Shown: positions 1 to 10,889, counted from the first letter of the stretch. The stretch: 64,000 nt of DNA from an uncultured Acetatifactor sp. (GCA_964524555.1 CAZGGA010000008.1:31607-95606), one strand, 5' to 3'. Numbers and translations are program-made. The notes: generated from the letters alone by a model not told the origin.

Positions 1-150
1 TATTAAAGTTCCATAGTGTTTTGGATCTTTTTGTGTTGGATACACTTTTTCGCACGCATCTGTTATTGCATCCCACCCAAGTGCAGTGATTTCCTCTTGC
101 GACTCTGTATTATCTTTCTTTTTGCTTTTAAACTTATCAAACAATCCCAT
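1..150 (-). CDS. SUFU (suppressor-of-fused)-like protein, N-terminal 50 codons only; the gene runs off the window start
   Basis: Reverse-strand ATG at 150..148 opens MGLFDKFKSKKKDNTESQEEITALGWDAITDACEKVYPTQKDPKHYGTLI, with no stop before position 1. The GWDAI..YP..HYGT pattern matches my memory of bacterial SUFU-family N-termini. It is absent from the ORF track because it is truncated. Confidence 0.4.
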   Translation of the reverse strand, partial: MGLFDKFKSKKKDNTESQEEITALGWDAITDACEKVYPTQKDPKHYGTLI

Positions 151-255
151 ATTAATAACTATGCCTTTCCCGCAACCTGCGAACTTTAATGCACTTTAGT
201 GCTATGCCGCAGGCACAATATTCGCAAAACAAACAAGTTTGTTTTATCTCCACTC

Positions 256-1266
256 TCACTGCTGCCAAGGAATCTCTGTCACTTCTATCTTCTTGTCCCG
301 AAGCATCAAATCCTTTACCGCCACGGCGGCGCTTTTCCCTTCAAACAAAACCGCATTGACCTGTTCGATAATAGGTATCTGTACCTCATACTTTTGGGCA
401 AGAGCCATGGCTGCTTTTGCAGAGTATACGCCTTCCACCACCATCTGCACCTCATCCATTGCTTCTTTCATGGACTTACCCTGTCCTATCAGGATGCCTG
501 CACGGCGGTTTCTGGAATGCATGCTGGCACAGGTGACAATCAAGTCCCCAATACCCGTAAGACCGCAGAAAGTCTCAAATTTTCCGCCCATTGCCACTCC
601 AAGTCTGGCAATCTCTGTAATACCTCTGGTAATCAAGGCAGCCTTCGTGTTATCCCCATAGCCCAATCCGTCAGCGATTCCAGCAGCTAACGCTACCACA
701 TTTTTCAGGGCTCCGCCAATCTCTATTCCCAAAATATCAGGACTTGTATAGACACGAAACACCTCGCTCATAAACAGATTCTGGATGTATTCTGCCGTCT
801 CTTTACTCTTTGCGCCCACTACAATGGTGGTGGGAAGTCCCTGTATCACTTCCTCCGCATGGGTGGGGCCAGACAACACGGCTACATCCGCCTGGGGAAT
901 CTCCTGTTCTATCATCTGTGACAAAGTCATCAGGGTATCTTCCTCGATTCCCTTTGCCACATCCACAATCCTCTGTCCCGGAGCCACTAGGGAACTTATG
1001 CGCTGAGCTGTACTTCTGGTATAGGCGCTTGCCACCGCCATTACCAGCAAATCTTTTCCTTCCACAGCTTCTCTGTCATCTGCTGTAAATACCATATCCT
1101 CCGGCAGCTTTACCCCCGGAAACATTTTATGTTCATGGCAGCTGTTAAGCTGTTCCACCTCATTTCCAAGAGCGGACCACACAGTCACCTTATGTCCATT
1201 ATTATGTAACAGCACTGCCAAAGCAGTTCCCCATGTTCCGGCGCCCAAAATACTTATATTTGCCAT
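256..1266 (-). CDS. gpsA: NAD(P)H-dependent glycerol-3-phosphate dehydrogenase
   Basis: 336 aa. N-terminal Rossmann motif ILGAGTWGTALA, full-length GpsA-like sequence, and conserved der-plsY-gpsA synteny. Confidence 0.95.
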   Translation of the reverse strand: MANISILGAGTWGTALAVLLHNNGHKVTVWSALGNEVEQLNSCHEHKMFPGVKLPEDMVFTADDREAVEGKDLLVMAVASAYTRSTAQRISSLVAPGQRIVDVAKGIEEDTLMTLSQMIEQEIPQADVAVLSGPTHAEEVIQGLPTTIVVGAKSKETAEYIQNLFMSEVFRVYTSPDILGIEIGGALKNVVALAAGIADGLGYGDNTKAALITRGITEIARLGVAMGGKFETFCGLTGIGDLIVTCASMHSRNRRAGILIGQGKSMKEAMDEVQMVVEGVYSAKAAMALAQKYEVQIPIIEQVNAVLFEGKSAAVAVKDLMLRDKKIEVTEIPWQQ

Positions 1267-1285
1267 AACAACCTCCTAACTCAGA

Positions 1286-1684
1286 CTACTCTATTACCGT
1301 CTTGTAATATTCCTCACCGTCTTTTTCATAAGGAACCGCATAGAAGCGTTTCCCAATGACAGTTCTCAAATTCTGAATATCCTCCAAATCCCCTGAGCCA
1401 AATTCCTGATAGCACAAGGTTTCGCTTTTTGCATTTAACTCCTCATAAAAATCTGTGACATATACACAGAAATTATCTAATAAATCTTCAAAGGGAACCT
1501 GCGGAATATATTCGGGAGAACCATCCTCTTCCCCATAACATTCCGGCTCCAATTCAAAGGAAAGGGATGTCACATAAATTTCCTCATTTCCATAGGGATC
1601 TTTTGTCCGGTAAATTCCTTCTTCCACCTTTTGAAAGCCGGATTCAGAATATTTTTCTGCTGTGTAGTTGTTAAAGTTTTTCAT
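1286..1684 (-). CDS. Hypothetical small, strongly acidic cytoplasmic protein (132 aa)
   Basis: The ORF track gives 1286..1702. The ATG at 1684 (MKNFNNY) is preceded by GGAGGA at 8-nt spacing. No TM segment or signal peptide and many D/E residues. I recognise no family. Confidence 0.55.
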   Translation of the reverse strand: MKNFNNYTAEKYSESGFQKVEEGIYRTKDPYGNEEIYVTSLSFELEPECYGEEDGSPEYIPQVPFEDLLDNFCVYVTDFYEELNAKSETLCYQEFGSGDLEDIQNLRTVIGKRFYAVPYEKDGEEYYKTVIE

Positions 1685-2354
1685 GTGAGGGTTCCTCCAC
1701 ATCCAATTTATTTTTCTTGGTAAGGTAAGTCTTTCTCTCCACGCCCTTTACAAGTCTCTGAATATTTTCCCTGTGCTTCCAATAAGCCATCACGGTCAAA
1801 AACACGGTAATGCCATATAATTCATAGAGCTGCATCTGGTTTAACCCACCGAATACCCCAAGCTGCCCGCAGACTATCATTTCAATCAGAAAGCCTGCAT
1901 AAACCACAAGAGAGCCCAAGGACACATAGTGGGTGGTAAAGAAAATTCCAAAAAAGATAATGACCCCCATAGGAATAAAATAAGGGTGAAAAGATAAAAT
2001 CAATCCTGCCGTGGCCGCAATCCCCTTCCCCCCTTTAAAGTTCATGTAAAAGGGGAAATTATGACCCAAAACCGCACCGGCGCCGGCATACAGGCTCAAT
2101 AAGTAAATGATCTCCGGATGAGACTTTCCAAATATAAGATGAGTAATCCACACTGCTGCCATACATTTGAGACAGTCTCCTAAAAGCACAATGATTCCTG
2201 CCTTAGTTCCCAGCACCCTCAAGGCATTGGTGGTGCCGGAATTACCGCTTCCGTGTTGTCTGATGTCAATGCCGTGAGCCTTGCCATAGAAGTAAGCCGT
2301 CTGAAACATTCCCAGCACATATCCGATTGCAATACAAATTATGCGTTCTTTCAT
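1671..2354 (-). CDS. plsY: Glycerol-3-phosphate acyltransferase PlsY
   Basis: 227 aa polytopic membrane protein with the GSGNSGTTN motif typical of PlsY. 4-nt overlap with the der stop. Confidence 0.9.
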   Translation of the reverse strand: MKERIICIAIGYVLGMFQTAYFYGKAHGIDIRQHGSGNSGTTNALRVLGTKAGIIVLLGDCLKCMAAVWITHLIFGKSHPEIIYLLSLYAGAGAVLGHNFPFYMNFKGGKGIAATAGLILSFHPYFIPMGVIIFFGIFFTTHYVSLGSLVVYAGFLIEMIVCGQLGVFGGLNQMQLYELYGITVFLTVMAYWKHRENIQRLVKGVERKTYLTKKNKLDVEEPSHEKL

Positions 2355-3685
2355 CGTTTATTGTCCTTTCTTTCTCTGATGATAAATCTCAGGGGCGTTC
2401 CCCTGAAACCAAAGGTTTCACGAATCTGATTCTCTATGTATCTGGTGTAAGAAAAATGCATCAATTCTTTGTCATTGACAAAAATCACAAAAGTCGGCGG
2501 TTTTACGGATGCCTGGGTGATATAATACAGTTTCAGGATTTTTCCTTTGTCGGAAGGCGGCTGCTGCATGGCAACTGCCTCCGTCATAATCTCATTTAAA
2601 ACGCCCGTAGCAACCCGCATGGCGTGATTTTCACTGACCATGTCTATGGTTTCAAAAAGCTTTGGCAGCCTCTGCCCGGTTTGGGCGGACACAAAAAGCA
2701 GTTCCGCATAAGGCATATAGGACAGGGTGTTCCTCACCTTCTCCGTAAATCGGTAAATGGTCTTGTCATCCTTCTCAATGGCATCCCATTTATTCACTGC
2801 AATAATCACTGCCTTGCCTCTGTCATGGGCAATTCCCGCAATCTTGGCGTCCTGCTCCGTAACGCCCTCCGTGGCGTCAATCACCAAGACTACCACCTCC
2901 GCTCTCTCTATGGCGCTGACGGTACGCACAATCATGAAATGCTCTAATTCTTCTTTTATTTTATTTTTCCGGCGAAGTCCCGCCGTGTCAATAAACACAT
3001 ATTCTTTGCCGTTGTAGACAATCTCCGCATCCACGGCATCCCTTGTGGTTCCTGCAATATCCGATACAATCAGTCTCTCCTCCCCCAAAAGCTTGTTTAT
3101 CAGGGAGGATTTGCCCACATTGGGCTTTCCTACAATGGCAATCCTCGGGCGCTCGTCCTCTTCCTCTTCGCCGGAATCTTTTGCAAAATAAGAGACCACC
3201 TCATCCAGCATATCCCCAAGTCCCATGCGGTTCAGCGCAGATACGGCGTGAGGCTCTCCAATGCCCAGATTATAAAACTCATAGACATCCATCATATGCT
3301 TTTTCACGCTGTCCACCTTATTGACCACAAGCACCACAGGTTTATGGGAACGGCGCAGCATATCCGCCACCTTAAAATCCGCATCCACCAACCCTTGCTT
3401 GACATCCACCAAAAAAATAATCACATCCGCCGTATCTATGGCAACCTGTGCCTGCCCCCTCATCTGGGAGAGAATCACATCCTTGCTCTCCGGCTCAATT
3501 CCTCCCGTGTCAATCAGGGTAAAATTCCTGTCAAGCCAATTTACATCCGCATAAATGCGGTCTCTGGTAATACCCGGAGTATCTTTTACAATAGATATAT
3601 CTGCACCGGCAAGGGCGTTAAACAACGTGGATTTGCCCACATTCGGTCTTCCTACCACAGCCACAATCGGTCTGGTCTTTGCCAT
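2351..3685 (-). CDS. der: Ribosome-biogenesis GTPase Der (EngA), double GTPase domain
   Basis: Two P-loops (GRPNVGKST and GKPNVGKSS) plus a KH-like C-terminus. The likely start is [12 protein letters not shown] at 3685, with GGAGG 8 nt upstream. Confidence 0.95.
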   Translation of the reverse strand: MAKTRPIVAVVGRPNVGKSTLFNALAGADISIVKDTPGITRDRIYADVNWLDRNFTLIDTGGIEPESKDVILSQMRGQAQVAIDTADVIIFLVDVKQGLVDADFKVADMLRRSHKPVVLVVNKVDSVKKHMMDVYEFYNLGIGEPHAVSALNRMGLGDMLDEVVSYFAKDSGEEEEDERPRIAIVGKPNVGKSSLINKLLGEERLIVSDIAGTTRDAVDAEIVYNGKEYVFIDTAGLRRKNKIKEELEHFMIVRTVSAIERAEVVVLVIDATEGVTEQDAKIAGIAHDRGKAVIIAVNKWDAIEKDDKTIYRFTEKVRNTLSYMPYAELLFVSAQTGQRLPKLFETIDMVSENHAMRVATGVLNEIMTEAVAMQQPPSDKGKILKLYYITQASVKPPTFVIFVNDKELMHFSYTRYIENQIRETFGFRGTPLRFIIRERKDNKR

Positions 3686-3689
3686 ATCG

Positions 3690-5057
3690 CTATACCTCCT
3701 TATCAATCTGCCCTCCGGACATAACCGCATCCAAAAAGTCGTATCCGCTTGATTTTACAATATAAATGGGAACTTGTAAAGCCTTTTCCAAATCCTTCAC
3801 CGTCAAATCATCCAAAAATACGCTTTCCCCGCTCCTTAAAACATTTTGCGGCAAAAGCAGTTCTTCTCCCAATTCCTTCCCCAAAAGCTGGTTACGGATA
3901 TCCTGTCCGGTAAGCAGCCCGCTGACAGTAATCCTCTCCCCAAAGAAATCATTGCGGATGGCATACAAATGGATTTGCACATGGGGATACTGCCTTTCTA
4001 TCTCCTGACACATCCTCTTTAAATAGGGATAAGCCAGATATCCTGTTGCAAGAGAAACTTTCCGACGAATCTTTGGACTTCCCATACCATCTTCGCCTGT
4101 TATGTCTTTTCTTGCCTTCCTCCTGTTCAAAGCATCCTGAAATTCATCTATCAGAAGTCTCAACATCCCAACGCCGTTCTCCAGCTGTAAATAGCCGTCA
4201 TAGCGAGCTTCCTCCGGAATCTCCTCTCCGGCCAGCACATACCATTCATCGCTGGCGTGTATAAAATGTATGCCATACTTTTCCATACAGACTGCCTGAT
4301 AGCGGTGAATTAAGTCCAGCACCTCTTTTGCATCCGCCTTTTCAAAGGCTTCAAGGGGCTCAAGACCCTCCCTGTATTTGGACAATCCCACCGGCACCAC
4401 GGACACGCTCTCCAGATTGGGAATATATTTCATCAACTCTTTTATACTGAATTCTAATTCTTCTCCGTCATTCATCCCCTTACACAGTACAATCTGCCCA
4501 TTCATCCGAATGCCTGCCTCATTCAGGACATCCACCTTTTTTAATGCTTCCCCTGCAAAACGATTGTTTAACATCCTGCATCTGAGCGCAGGATTCATGG
4601 TCTGAAAGGAAATATTAATGGGGGATAAATGATAACGGCAGATGCGTTCAATATCATGCTCCGACATATTGGTAAGGGTCACATAATTCCCCTGCAAAAA
4701 GGAAAGTCTGGAGTCATCATCCTTAAAATACAGGGTTTCCCTCATTCCTTTCGGCATCTGGTCAATAAAACAAAATACACATTTATTATGACAATGCCTG
4801 TACTCATCCATTAAGCCGCTCTCAAACTCTATCCCTAAATCTTCCTCCGGCTCTTTATCTATCTCCAAAAGCCACTGCTCCCCGTCCGCCTTCTCCACCA
4901 AAACTTCAATATAAGAATCCTGAATCAAAAACTGATAATCAAAAACATCCTCCAATTCCGTATTGTCAATCATAAGAAGCTTGTCCCCCGGCTCCATCCC
5001 CATTTCCTCGGCAATACTTCCTTCTTTTATTTTTTTGATGATATGCTGTTTTGGCAT
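3690..5057 (-). CDS. DUF512-type radical-SAM protein with an N-terminal PDZ-like domain
   Basis: 455 aa. PDZ-like [16 protein letters not shown] and the CxxxCxxC cluster motif CHNKCVFC. Its position immediately upstream of der is typical for Clostridia. Confidence 0.8.
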   Translation of the reverse strand: MPKQHIIKKIKEGSIAEEMGMEPGDKLLMIDNTELEDVFDYQFLIQDSYIEVLVEKADGEQWLLEIDKEPEEDLGIEFESGLMDEYRHCHNKCVFCFIDQMPKGMRETLYFKDDDSRLSFLQGNYVTLTNMSEHDIERICRYHLSPINISFQTMNPALRCRMLNNRFAGEALKKVDVLNEAGIRMNGQIVLCKGMNDGEELEFSIKELMKYIPNLESVSVVPVGLSKYREGLEPLEAFEKADAKEVLDLIHRYQAVCMEKYGIHFIHASDEWYVLAGEEIPEEARYDGYLQLENGVGMLRLLIDEFQDALNRRKARKDITGEDGMGSPKIRRKVSLATGYLAYPYLKRMCQEIERQYPHVQIHLYAIRNDFFGERITVSGLLTGQDIRNQLLGKELGEELLLPQNVLRSGESVFLDDLTVKDLEKALQVPIYIVKSSGYDFLDAVMSGGQIDKEV

Positions 5058-5185
5058 TTTCAGCCTCCTCTGCTTTCATTTTCTTCTTTCATTGTACAAG
5101 AAATCCCTTGACGTGTCACTACCATAATGTTATAAAATATATGTACTTTAACATTTGTTAGAGAGTGTTGTACGGAGGAAAATTT

Positions 5186-6379
5186 ATGCCTAATTTACAT
5201 GAACTTGAAAATGCAATGCCCATTGCACCCTTAAAAATCATAGCCCTGCCCTCTGCTGCCCAATTAGGTCACAGGGTCAACGACTATATGGTAGAATTTA
5301 GAAGGAACATTCATAATGACAAGGTAAAAAAAGATCCAGCTTTCCACGGCTATATTGAAAACAATTATCTGATGGAAGTAAATATTCCCCGTTTTGGCAG
5401 CGGCGAAGCAAAGGCAGTAATTGAAGAAACTATCCGGGGAAAAGATATTTTTATCTTGGTAGATGTGTGCAATCACAGCATTACCTACCAAATGAACGGC
5501 TACACTAATCATATGTCCCCCGATGACCATTATCAGGACTTAAAGCGTGTCATATCAGCCTGCAACGGCAAGGCAAACCGCATTAATGTCATTATGCCCT
5601 TCCTCTATGAGGGCAGACAGCACAAAAGAAATTCAAGAGAGTCCCTTGACTGCGCCTATGCTCTGGAGGAATTAAAAAATATGGGAATCAGCAATTTTAT
5701 CACTTTTGACGCCCATGACCCCAGAGTGCAGAATTCCACTCCTTTAAGCGGATTTGACAATTTCATGCCACCCTATCAGTTCATCAAAGCGCTGTTAAAC
5801 TCTGAAGATGACCTTTTGGTTGACAAAGACCATCTGATTGTCATAAGCCCTGATGAGGGCGCTTTGGACCGTGCCATCTATTTTGCCAGCGTTCTTGGCG
5901 TGGATACCGGAATGTTTTACAAGAGACGCGACTATTCCACTATTGTAAACGGCAAAAACCCTGTTGTGGCACATGAGTTTCTTGGCGACAATATTGACGG
6001 CAAAGATGTCATTATCATTGACGACATGATTTCTTCCGGCGGCAGTATGCTGGATACTGCCAGACAATTAAAGAAAATGAATGCCAGACGGGTGTTTATC
6101 TGCACCACTTTCGGACTTTTCACGGACGGGCTGAGTGCATTTGATATAGCATATGAGAAAGGGCATTTTGACAAAATCGTCACCACGGACCTTTCTTATC
6201 TCCCCCCTGAACTTCGCTCAAAACCTTATTTTATCGAAGCAGACATGAGCAAATTCGTAGCTTCCTTAATTGATTTTATGAACCATGACGCCTCTCTTTC
6301 CAATGTCATGGCTACCACTGAGAAAATGCATGGCATTCTGGAAGCTTATAACAATCGCACGGACATAGAATTTGAGTAA
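5186..6379 (+). CDS. prs: Ribose-phosphate pyrophosphokinase (long form)
   Basis: PRPP-synthetase-like sequence with the PRPP-binding loop VIIIDDMISSGGS. The ATG at 5186 is preceded by GGAGG; the track ORF begins earlier, at 5165. Confidence 0.8.
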   Translation: MPNLHELENAMPIAPLKIIALPSAAQLGHRVNDYMVEFRRNIHNDKVKKDPAFHGYIENNYLMEVNIPRFGSGEAKAVIEETIRGKDIFILVDVCNHSITYQMNGYTNHMSPDDHYQDLKRVISACNGKANRINVIMPFLYEGRQHKRNSRESLDCAYALEELKNMGISNFITFDAHDPRVQNSTPLSGFDNFMPPYQFIKALLNSEDDLLVDKDHLIVISPDEGALDRAIYFASVLGVDTGMFYKRRDYSTIVNGKNPVVAHEFLGDNIDGKDVIIIDDMISSGGSMLDTARQLKKMNARRVFICTTFGLFTDGLSAFDIAYEKGHFDKIVTTDLSYLPPELRSKPYFIEADMSKFVASLIDFMNHDASLSNVMATTEKMHGILEAYNNRTDIEFE

Positions 6380-6392
6380 CAATCAGACATGC

Positions 6393-6457
6393 AGAAATGC
6401 TCATACAAGATGCTCATGGGAGCTTGCTCACTAGGAGCATCTTGTATGAGCATTTCT
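6393..6457. terminator. 23-bp perfect inverted repeat (19-nt loop) between convergent prs and the histidine kinase; probable bidirectional terminator hairpin
   Basis: agaaatgctcatacaagatgctc (6393..6415) is the exact reverse complement of gagcatcttgtatgagcatttct (6435..6457). There is no clean U-tract on either side. Confidence 0.5.
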
Positions 6458-6477
6458 ATAGGGCGGATGCTTGGCAG

Positions 6478-9168
6478 CTAATTCTCCCGATATTGTGGGA
6501 AGCTGAGGATTACTTTAAAGACATCCCCGTCCAGCTGAATCTCAAAAGTTCCGCCCTGTACCTGAGTCAGACTTTTGGCAATAAATAATCCAAGACCGCT
6601 TCCTTCCGTAGTTCTTGAAGCATCTCCCCTGATAAACCGTTCTGTCAGTTCATCCCCCCGCATATTAATCTGCCGCTCTGAGATATTTTTGATGGAAAAC
6701 TCTATGGTATCCCCCACGGAAAGACCTATATATACTCTGCTATTCTCCAAGGCATATTTATATATATTGTGAAACAGGTTTTCTATAATGCGCCACATAC
6801 GGCGGCTGTCTGCATAAATATATGCCGGAATATCCTCATTCTCAAGTACCACCTGAAGCTTTTTCTCCTCCAACCTTTCGGAAAATTCTCCCACGGTCTG
6901 CTTTAAAAGCTCCGTCAGATTCAATTTTTCCATATCCAGAATAATATTTCCGGAAGAAATCTTGGAAGCTTCCACAAGGTCATCCGTGAGCTGTTTCAGC
7001 CTCTGCGCCTTGCTGTCCAGAATATCAATATATCCCTTCGCCGGTTCCTCTTCTATTTTCAGACGCTTTAACAAATCCACATAGTTGATAATGGAAGTAA
7101 GCGGTGTTTTAATATCATGGGACACATTCGTAATCAGGTCGGTTTTCATCTGCTCGTCCTTTATACTAGTGTCCACTGCCTTGCGGATGCCCTCGCCGAT
7201 ATTATTTACCGCATCCGCCAATTCTCTGCTTGTGCCGCTTAGAGAATCCAGATTTAACTTATAATCTACCTCCCCGTCACGGATGCGTTTAATACCCTCA
7301 ATAATACTGATACGCTCAGCATTTTGCTTAAACAGCCTTACACCTACCAATCCGTCCGCAAGCACTACTCCCAAAATTAGGAGTACTATCCGAAATCCCC
7401 CTGTATCCCGCAGTATCATGACTAAAAATACCGCAAACAGATTCATCATTAAAAACAGATTATAGGGAATCAGCGTTCTGACTGCCACATTCCTGTGGGA
7501 AAACACAAAGCGTATTCCTTTTATGATAAGCCTTATCAGACAATAACAGAAACTTCCCCTAAAAAGAATTCTGCTGCGAATGCGGCGGGCCAGACTATGC
7601 AGTACTATACTGACTCCCAGACTAAGAGAAGCTCCAAATACACCAAAAGTTCCATACTCATATAATTTTGTCTCACTGAGCGCCAATAATTCGGAATGAC
7701 TATGGTATACGGTGTTTGCCACTTCCTGCAGAATGGACATTCCAATGGAGCCGCCGTAAACCAAGGCGGCCGCAAAAAGAAGCAATAATTCTGTCCAAAT
7801 ATGATCAATAGCACTCAGTTGATACTTTTTCTCTCCCTCTTTGTTATAGCATTCCCCTGCCGTCACAGTGAGATAACCGCAAAGCCCCAGCCAGAGCAGG
7901 GAAAGAATTATGATAACAGCAATAATTTTTCTGATATTCGGAACAATCCTGCAAAACACTGCATTGGCGTCATAAAAAGCATCTCCCTCTATGGAATACG
8001 TCATATCCACCGCCATCCACATATGGGTTTTCTCCGGATATACATAACTGTAATTGTTTACATAGCGGTAAATATCTCCCTCGGTGATGCCGGCATTTCC
8101 TACAAATTCAAGATTCTCTAAATAGCAGACCAAATAGGTCCCATACTCCGAAAAATATTCCGTGATCTCACTATCCGCAATTCCCTTTATGACCGGCAGA
8201 TTTGTATAGGTGCTGGTAATCCCGTTTTCACCCTGCATTCGTATAGCATACTTAAAGTTCCCCTTGCCTTCTTCATAAAGCTCCTGACCCTTTTGATACA
8301 CTTCATAACTCTCAGAAAGATGCCCTATGGTATTAGTCACACTATCCTGCAATTTCAGATATTCAATCCAATCTCCGGCATAAGCAATCAGCTGGCGCTC
8401 CCTGTCCACCGTCTCATATCGGCAATTTAACATGGAAATATAAATGGTAAAGCTTCCGTCATCCTCTCTGGATACATTGATTTTATCGGAATCTCTTGCC
8501 ATAATATAAGAAAATGCCATATCCTCCAACTGCTCTACAGTCAACTGCTCCATAACTGTTCTTAACTGTTCCGCTTCTTTTTCGGAATGCCTGCTCTCTT
8601 TGTTTTCATCCGGCAGATAGACCGACTCTGCTCCGGCTTTCGGCACAAAAGCGCTGTCCAAAAATCCGACAAAATACAACTGCCCGTCTTCGTCCAATGC
8701 AAAATTTTCTATGGATGCAGCAGGTCCAAAATAATTTACAAAGTCAGACATACTCATGGCGCGATTGGTATACTCAATTCCATGCTTTCCCCATTTAATC
8801 AAGTCTTCCAACCTGTAAACTGCAGTAACATTCTCTTCCCCTTTAGCCATATTATGGCGGTTTGCATATTGAGTTACATCAATTTTTTTCCCTGCATCGA
8901 ATCGCCCCGCAGTCTCCATCTGATCCTTGATTACCACATATTCTATGATATCAGCGGCCGCCGTATTTACCATATCATGAAAAACCTGGGACTCTCCGAA
9001 TTCCGGTTCCGTGTCCAGAGGTGCAAGCCAATATATTTGGGACTTCTTCATGGAATCTACGCCCAGGTAGGAATTAAATAGAATGATTGCCAAAGCCACC
9101 ATGATTAATGTCGCCGTAAAATGTTGTAAAAGCCCTAATGCAAATCTCTTTAAAATGGGTTTTTTCAT
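6478..9168 (-). CDS. Sensor histidine kinase with a large extracytoplasmic domain and a multi-TM block
   Basis: 896 aa. One N-terminal TM, about 390 aa of predicted external domain, several further TMs, then the HisKA H-box NVSHDIKTPLTSI and a HATPase_c domain (GSGLGLFIAK). Confidence 0.85.
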   Translation of the reverse strand: MKKPILKRFALGLLQHFTATLIMVALAIILFNSYLGVDSMKKSQIYWLAPLDTEPEFGESQVFHDMVNTAAADIIEYVVIKDQMETAGRFDAGKKIDVTQYANRHNMAKGEENVTAVYRLEDLIKWGKHGIEYTNRAMSMSDFVNYFGPAASIENFALDEDGQLYFVGFLDSAFVPKAGAESVYLPDENKESRHSEKEAEQLRTVMEQLTVEQLEDMAFSYIMARDSDKINVSREDDGSFTIYISMLNCRYETVDRERQLIAYAGDWIEYLKLQDSVTNTIGHLSESYEVYQKGQELYEEGKGNFKYAIRMQGENGITSTYTNLPVIKGIADSEITEYFSEYGTYLVCYLENLEFVGNAGITEGDIYRYVNNYSYVYPEKTHMWMAVDMTYSIEGDAFYDANAVFCRIVPNIRKIIAVIIILSLLWLGLCGYLTVTAGECYNKEGEKKYQLSAIDHIWTELLLLFAAALVYGGSIGMSILQEVANTVYHSHSELLALSETKLYEYGTFGVFGASLSLGVSIVLHSLARRIRSRILFRGSFCYCLIRLIIKGIRFVFSHRNVAVRTLIPYNLFLMMNLFAVFLVMILRDTGGFRIVLLILGVVLADGLVGVRLFKQNAERISIIEGIKRIRDGEVDYKLNLDSLSGTSRELADAVNNIGEGIRKAVDTSIKDEQMKTDLITNVSHDIKTPLTSIINYVDLLKRLKIEEEPAKGYIDILDSKAQRLKQLTDDLVEASKISSGNIILDMEKLNLTELLKQTVGEFSERLEEKKLQVVLENEDIPAYIYADSRRMWRIIENLFHNIYKYALENSRVYIGLSVGDTIEFSIKNISERQINMRGDELTERFIRGDASRTTEGSGLGLFIAKSLTQVQGGTFEIQLDGDVFKVILSFPQYREN

Positions 9169-9181
9169 AGTTATTTTTCTC

Positions 9182-9874
9182 TCACTGCCTGTCTATTTTA
9201 TAGCCAACGCCCCAGACAACTTTCAGATATCTTGGCTCCTTGGGATTAATTTCAATTTTCTCACGAATATGACGGATATGCACTGCCACAGTGTTTTCCG
9301 CACCAATGGCATCCTCGTTCCAGATACTTGCATAAATCTCATTGATGGAAAACACCTTTCCCTGATTTTTTAATAACAACAACAGGATGTTATATTCAAT
9401 GGGGGTCATTTTAACAGACTCTCCATCCACCGTCACCTGCTTTGTGTCATCATTTACCACCAGACCACCTACCTGATAGATGGATTTATTATCACCATGC
9501 AGGCTGCCAAGAGATGTGTAACGGCGGAGATTGGATTTCACCCTTGCCGCTAGTTCCAGCGGATTAAAAGGCTTGGCAATATAATCGTCAGCTCCGATAT
9601 TCAATCCGAATATTTTATCCGTATCCTCCGATTTTGCAGACAATATAATAATGGGAATACTGCTGTTTTCCCGAATCTTAAGCGTTGCCCTGATCCCGTC
9701 CAATTTGGGCATCATCACATCCATAATCAACAAATGAATATCTTCTCTTTCCAAAACCTCAATTGCCTGCTGCCCGTCATATGCCTTGAAAATCTTATAG
9801 CCGTCCTGACTTAAATAAATTTCAATGGCATCTACAATTTCCCTGTCATCATCACATACTAATATATTTGCCAT
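9182..9874 (-). CDS. OmpR/PhoB-family response regulator
   Basis: 230 aa. Receiver domain (ILVCDDD ... DVMMPKLDG) plus a winged-helix C-terminus (VWGVGYK). Lies 13 nt upstream of the kinase. Confidence 0.9.
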   Translation of the reverse strand: MANILVCDDDREIVDAIEIYLSQDGYKIFKAYDGQQAIEVLEREDIHLLIMDVMMPKLDGIRATLKIRENSSIPIIILSAKSEDTDKIFGLNIGADDYIAKPFNPLELAARVKSNLRRYTSLGSLHGDNKSIYQVGGLVVNDDTKQVTVDGESVKMTPIEYNILLLLLKNQGKVFSINEIYASIWNEDAIGAENTVAVHIRHIREKIEINPKEPRYLKVVWGVGYKIDRQ

Positions 9875-9902
9875 AATTTCCTCTTTTCTGTGCTGTTTTG
9901 TC

Positions 9903-10856
9903 TCAATGGTTCTTTATCATTAAAAAGGCCCCCAGATTTCCCCGCTTTCCCTGACTCGCCCTATGGGAAAAAAGATACTCCGGATTATGGCAGGTACAGA
10001 TATCTGTAACCGCAATCTGTTCAGACAAAATCCCCGCCTTTCTGAGAATCATAAGATTAGCAAGCCATAAATCAAGCTGATATTTCCCCGCTTCTTTTCC
10101 TGCTTCCACCACATGGGTATACCTGCCCCCCGTGCCGCCTCTGTACCCCATCTGCATAATCTCTTGTTCCAGCGATTCCTCCCCTTTAAACATCTCCACA
10201 AATACCTGCGCCACTTCCTCGCTGACCTCATAACAATCCTGACAAATAGAAGGTCCAATGGCTGCATACAAATGCTCCGGCTTTGTTCCAAAATGTTTTC
10301 TCATGGCTTCCACCATGCAAGCTCCCATTCTATCTGCAGTGCCGCGCCAGCCGGAATGCGCCAGACCGATTGCCCGATGAACCGGATCCACAAAGTAAAG
10401 AGGCACACAGTCTGCATAAGATGTCACCAGAACAATCCCCGGAATATCCGTAATCAGACCGTCCACATCCGTATAATCTAAGGGCTTTATAATTCCTTTC
10501 CCCCTGTCAGCCTCCGTCACCAGCCTGATATTGGTAGTATGGGTCTGCTGTGACAGCACCATATCTTCAACCGAGCACCCCAATACCATTGCCACCCTCT
10601 CATAATTCATGCGGACTTTCTGCGGGTCGTCCCCCCTGTTGAAATTCAGGTTCAGACTCTGAAAAATCCCTTCACTGACACCGCCTGTTCTGGTGGTAAA
10701 CAGATGCTTCACCATTCCCGTATCCGCAAGCAGAGGAAACTCAAGATATTCCATAGAATATGATTCCGTGGGGACATCCTTCCCTACAAATTCTTTCTGA
10801 CACAATATATTTTCTCCGGTATTTTTTGTATGCTTTGCTCTTTTTACCTGATACAT
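9903..10856 (-). CDS. pgeF: YfiH/PgeF-family (DUF152) multicopper-oxidase-fold protein, peptidoglycan editing factor
   Basis: FTTRTGGVS and HSGWRG motifs. The true start may be the internal MEYLEFPLL (about 10754). Confidence 0.8.
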   Translation of the reverse strand: MYQVKRAKHTKNTGENILCQKEFVGKDVPTESYSMEYLEFPLLADTGMVKHLFTTRTGGVSEGIFQSLNLNFNRGDDPQKVRMNYERVAMVLGCSVEDMVLSQQTHTTNIRLVTEADRGKGIIKPLDYTDVDGLITDIPGIVLVTSYADCVPLYFVDPVHRAIGLAHSGWRGTADRMGACMVEAMRKHFGTKPEHLYAAIGPSICQDCYEVSEEVAQVFVEMFKGEESLEQEIMQMGYRGGTGGRYTHVVEAGKEAGKYQLDLWLANLMILRKAGILSEQIAVTDICTCHNPEYLFSHRASQGKRGNLGAFLMIKNH

Positions 10857-10889
10857 AATATCTTCCTGCCTGCTGCAATAATTTATGGT

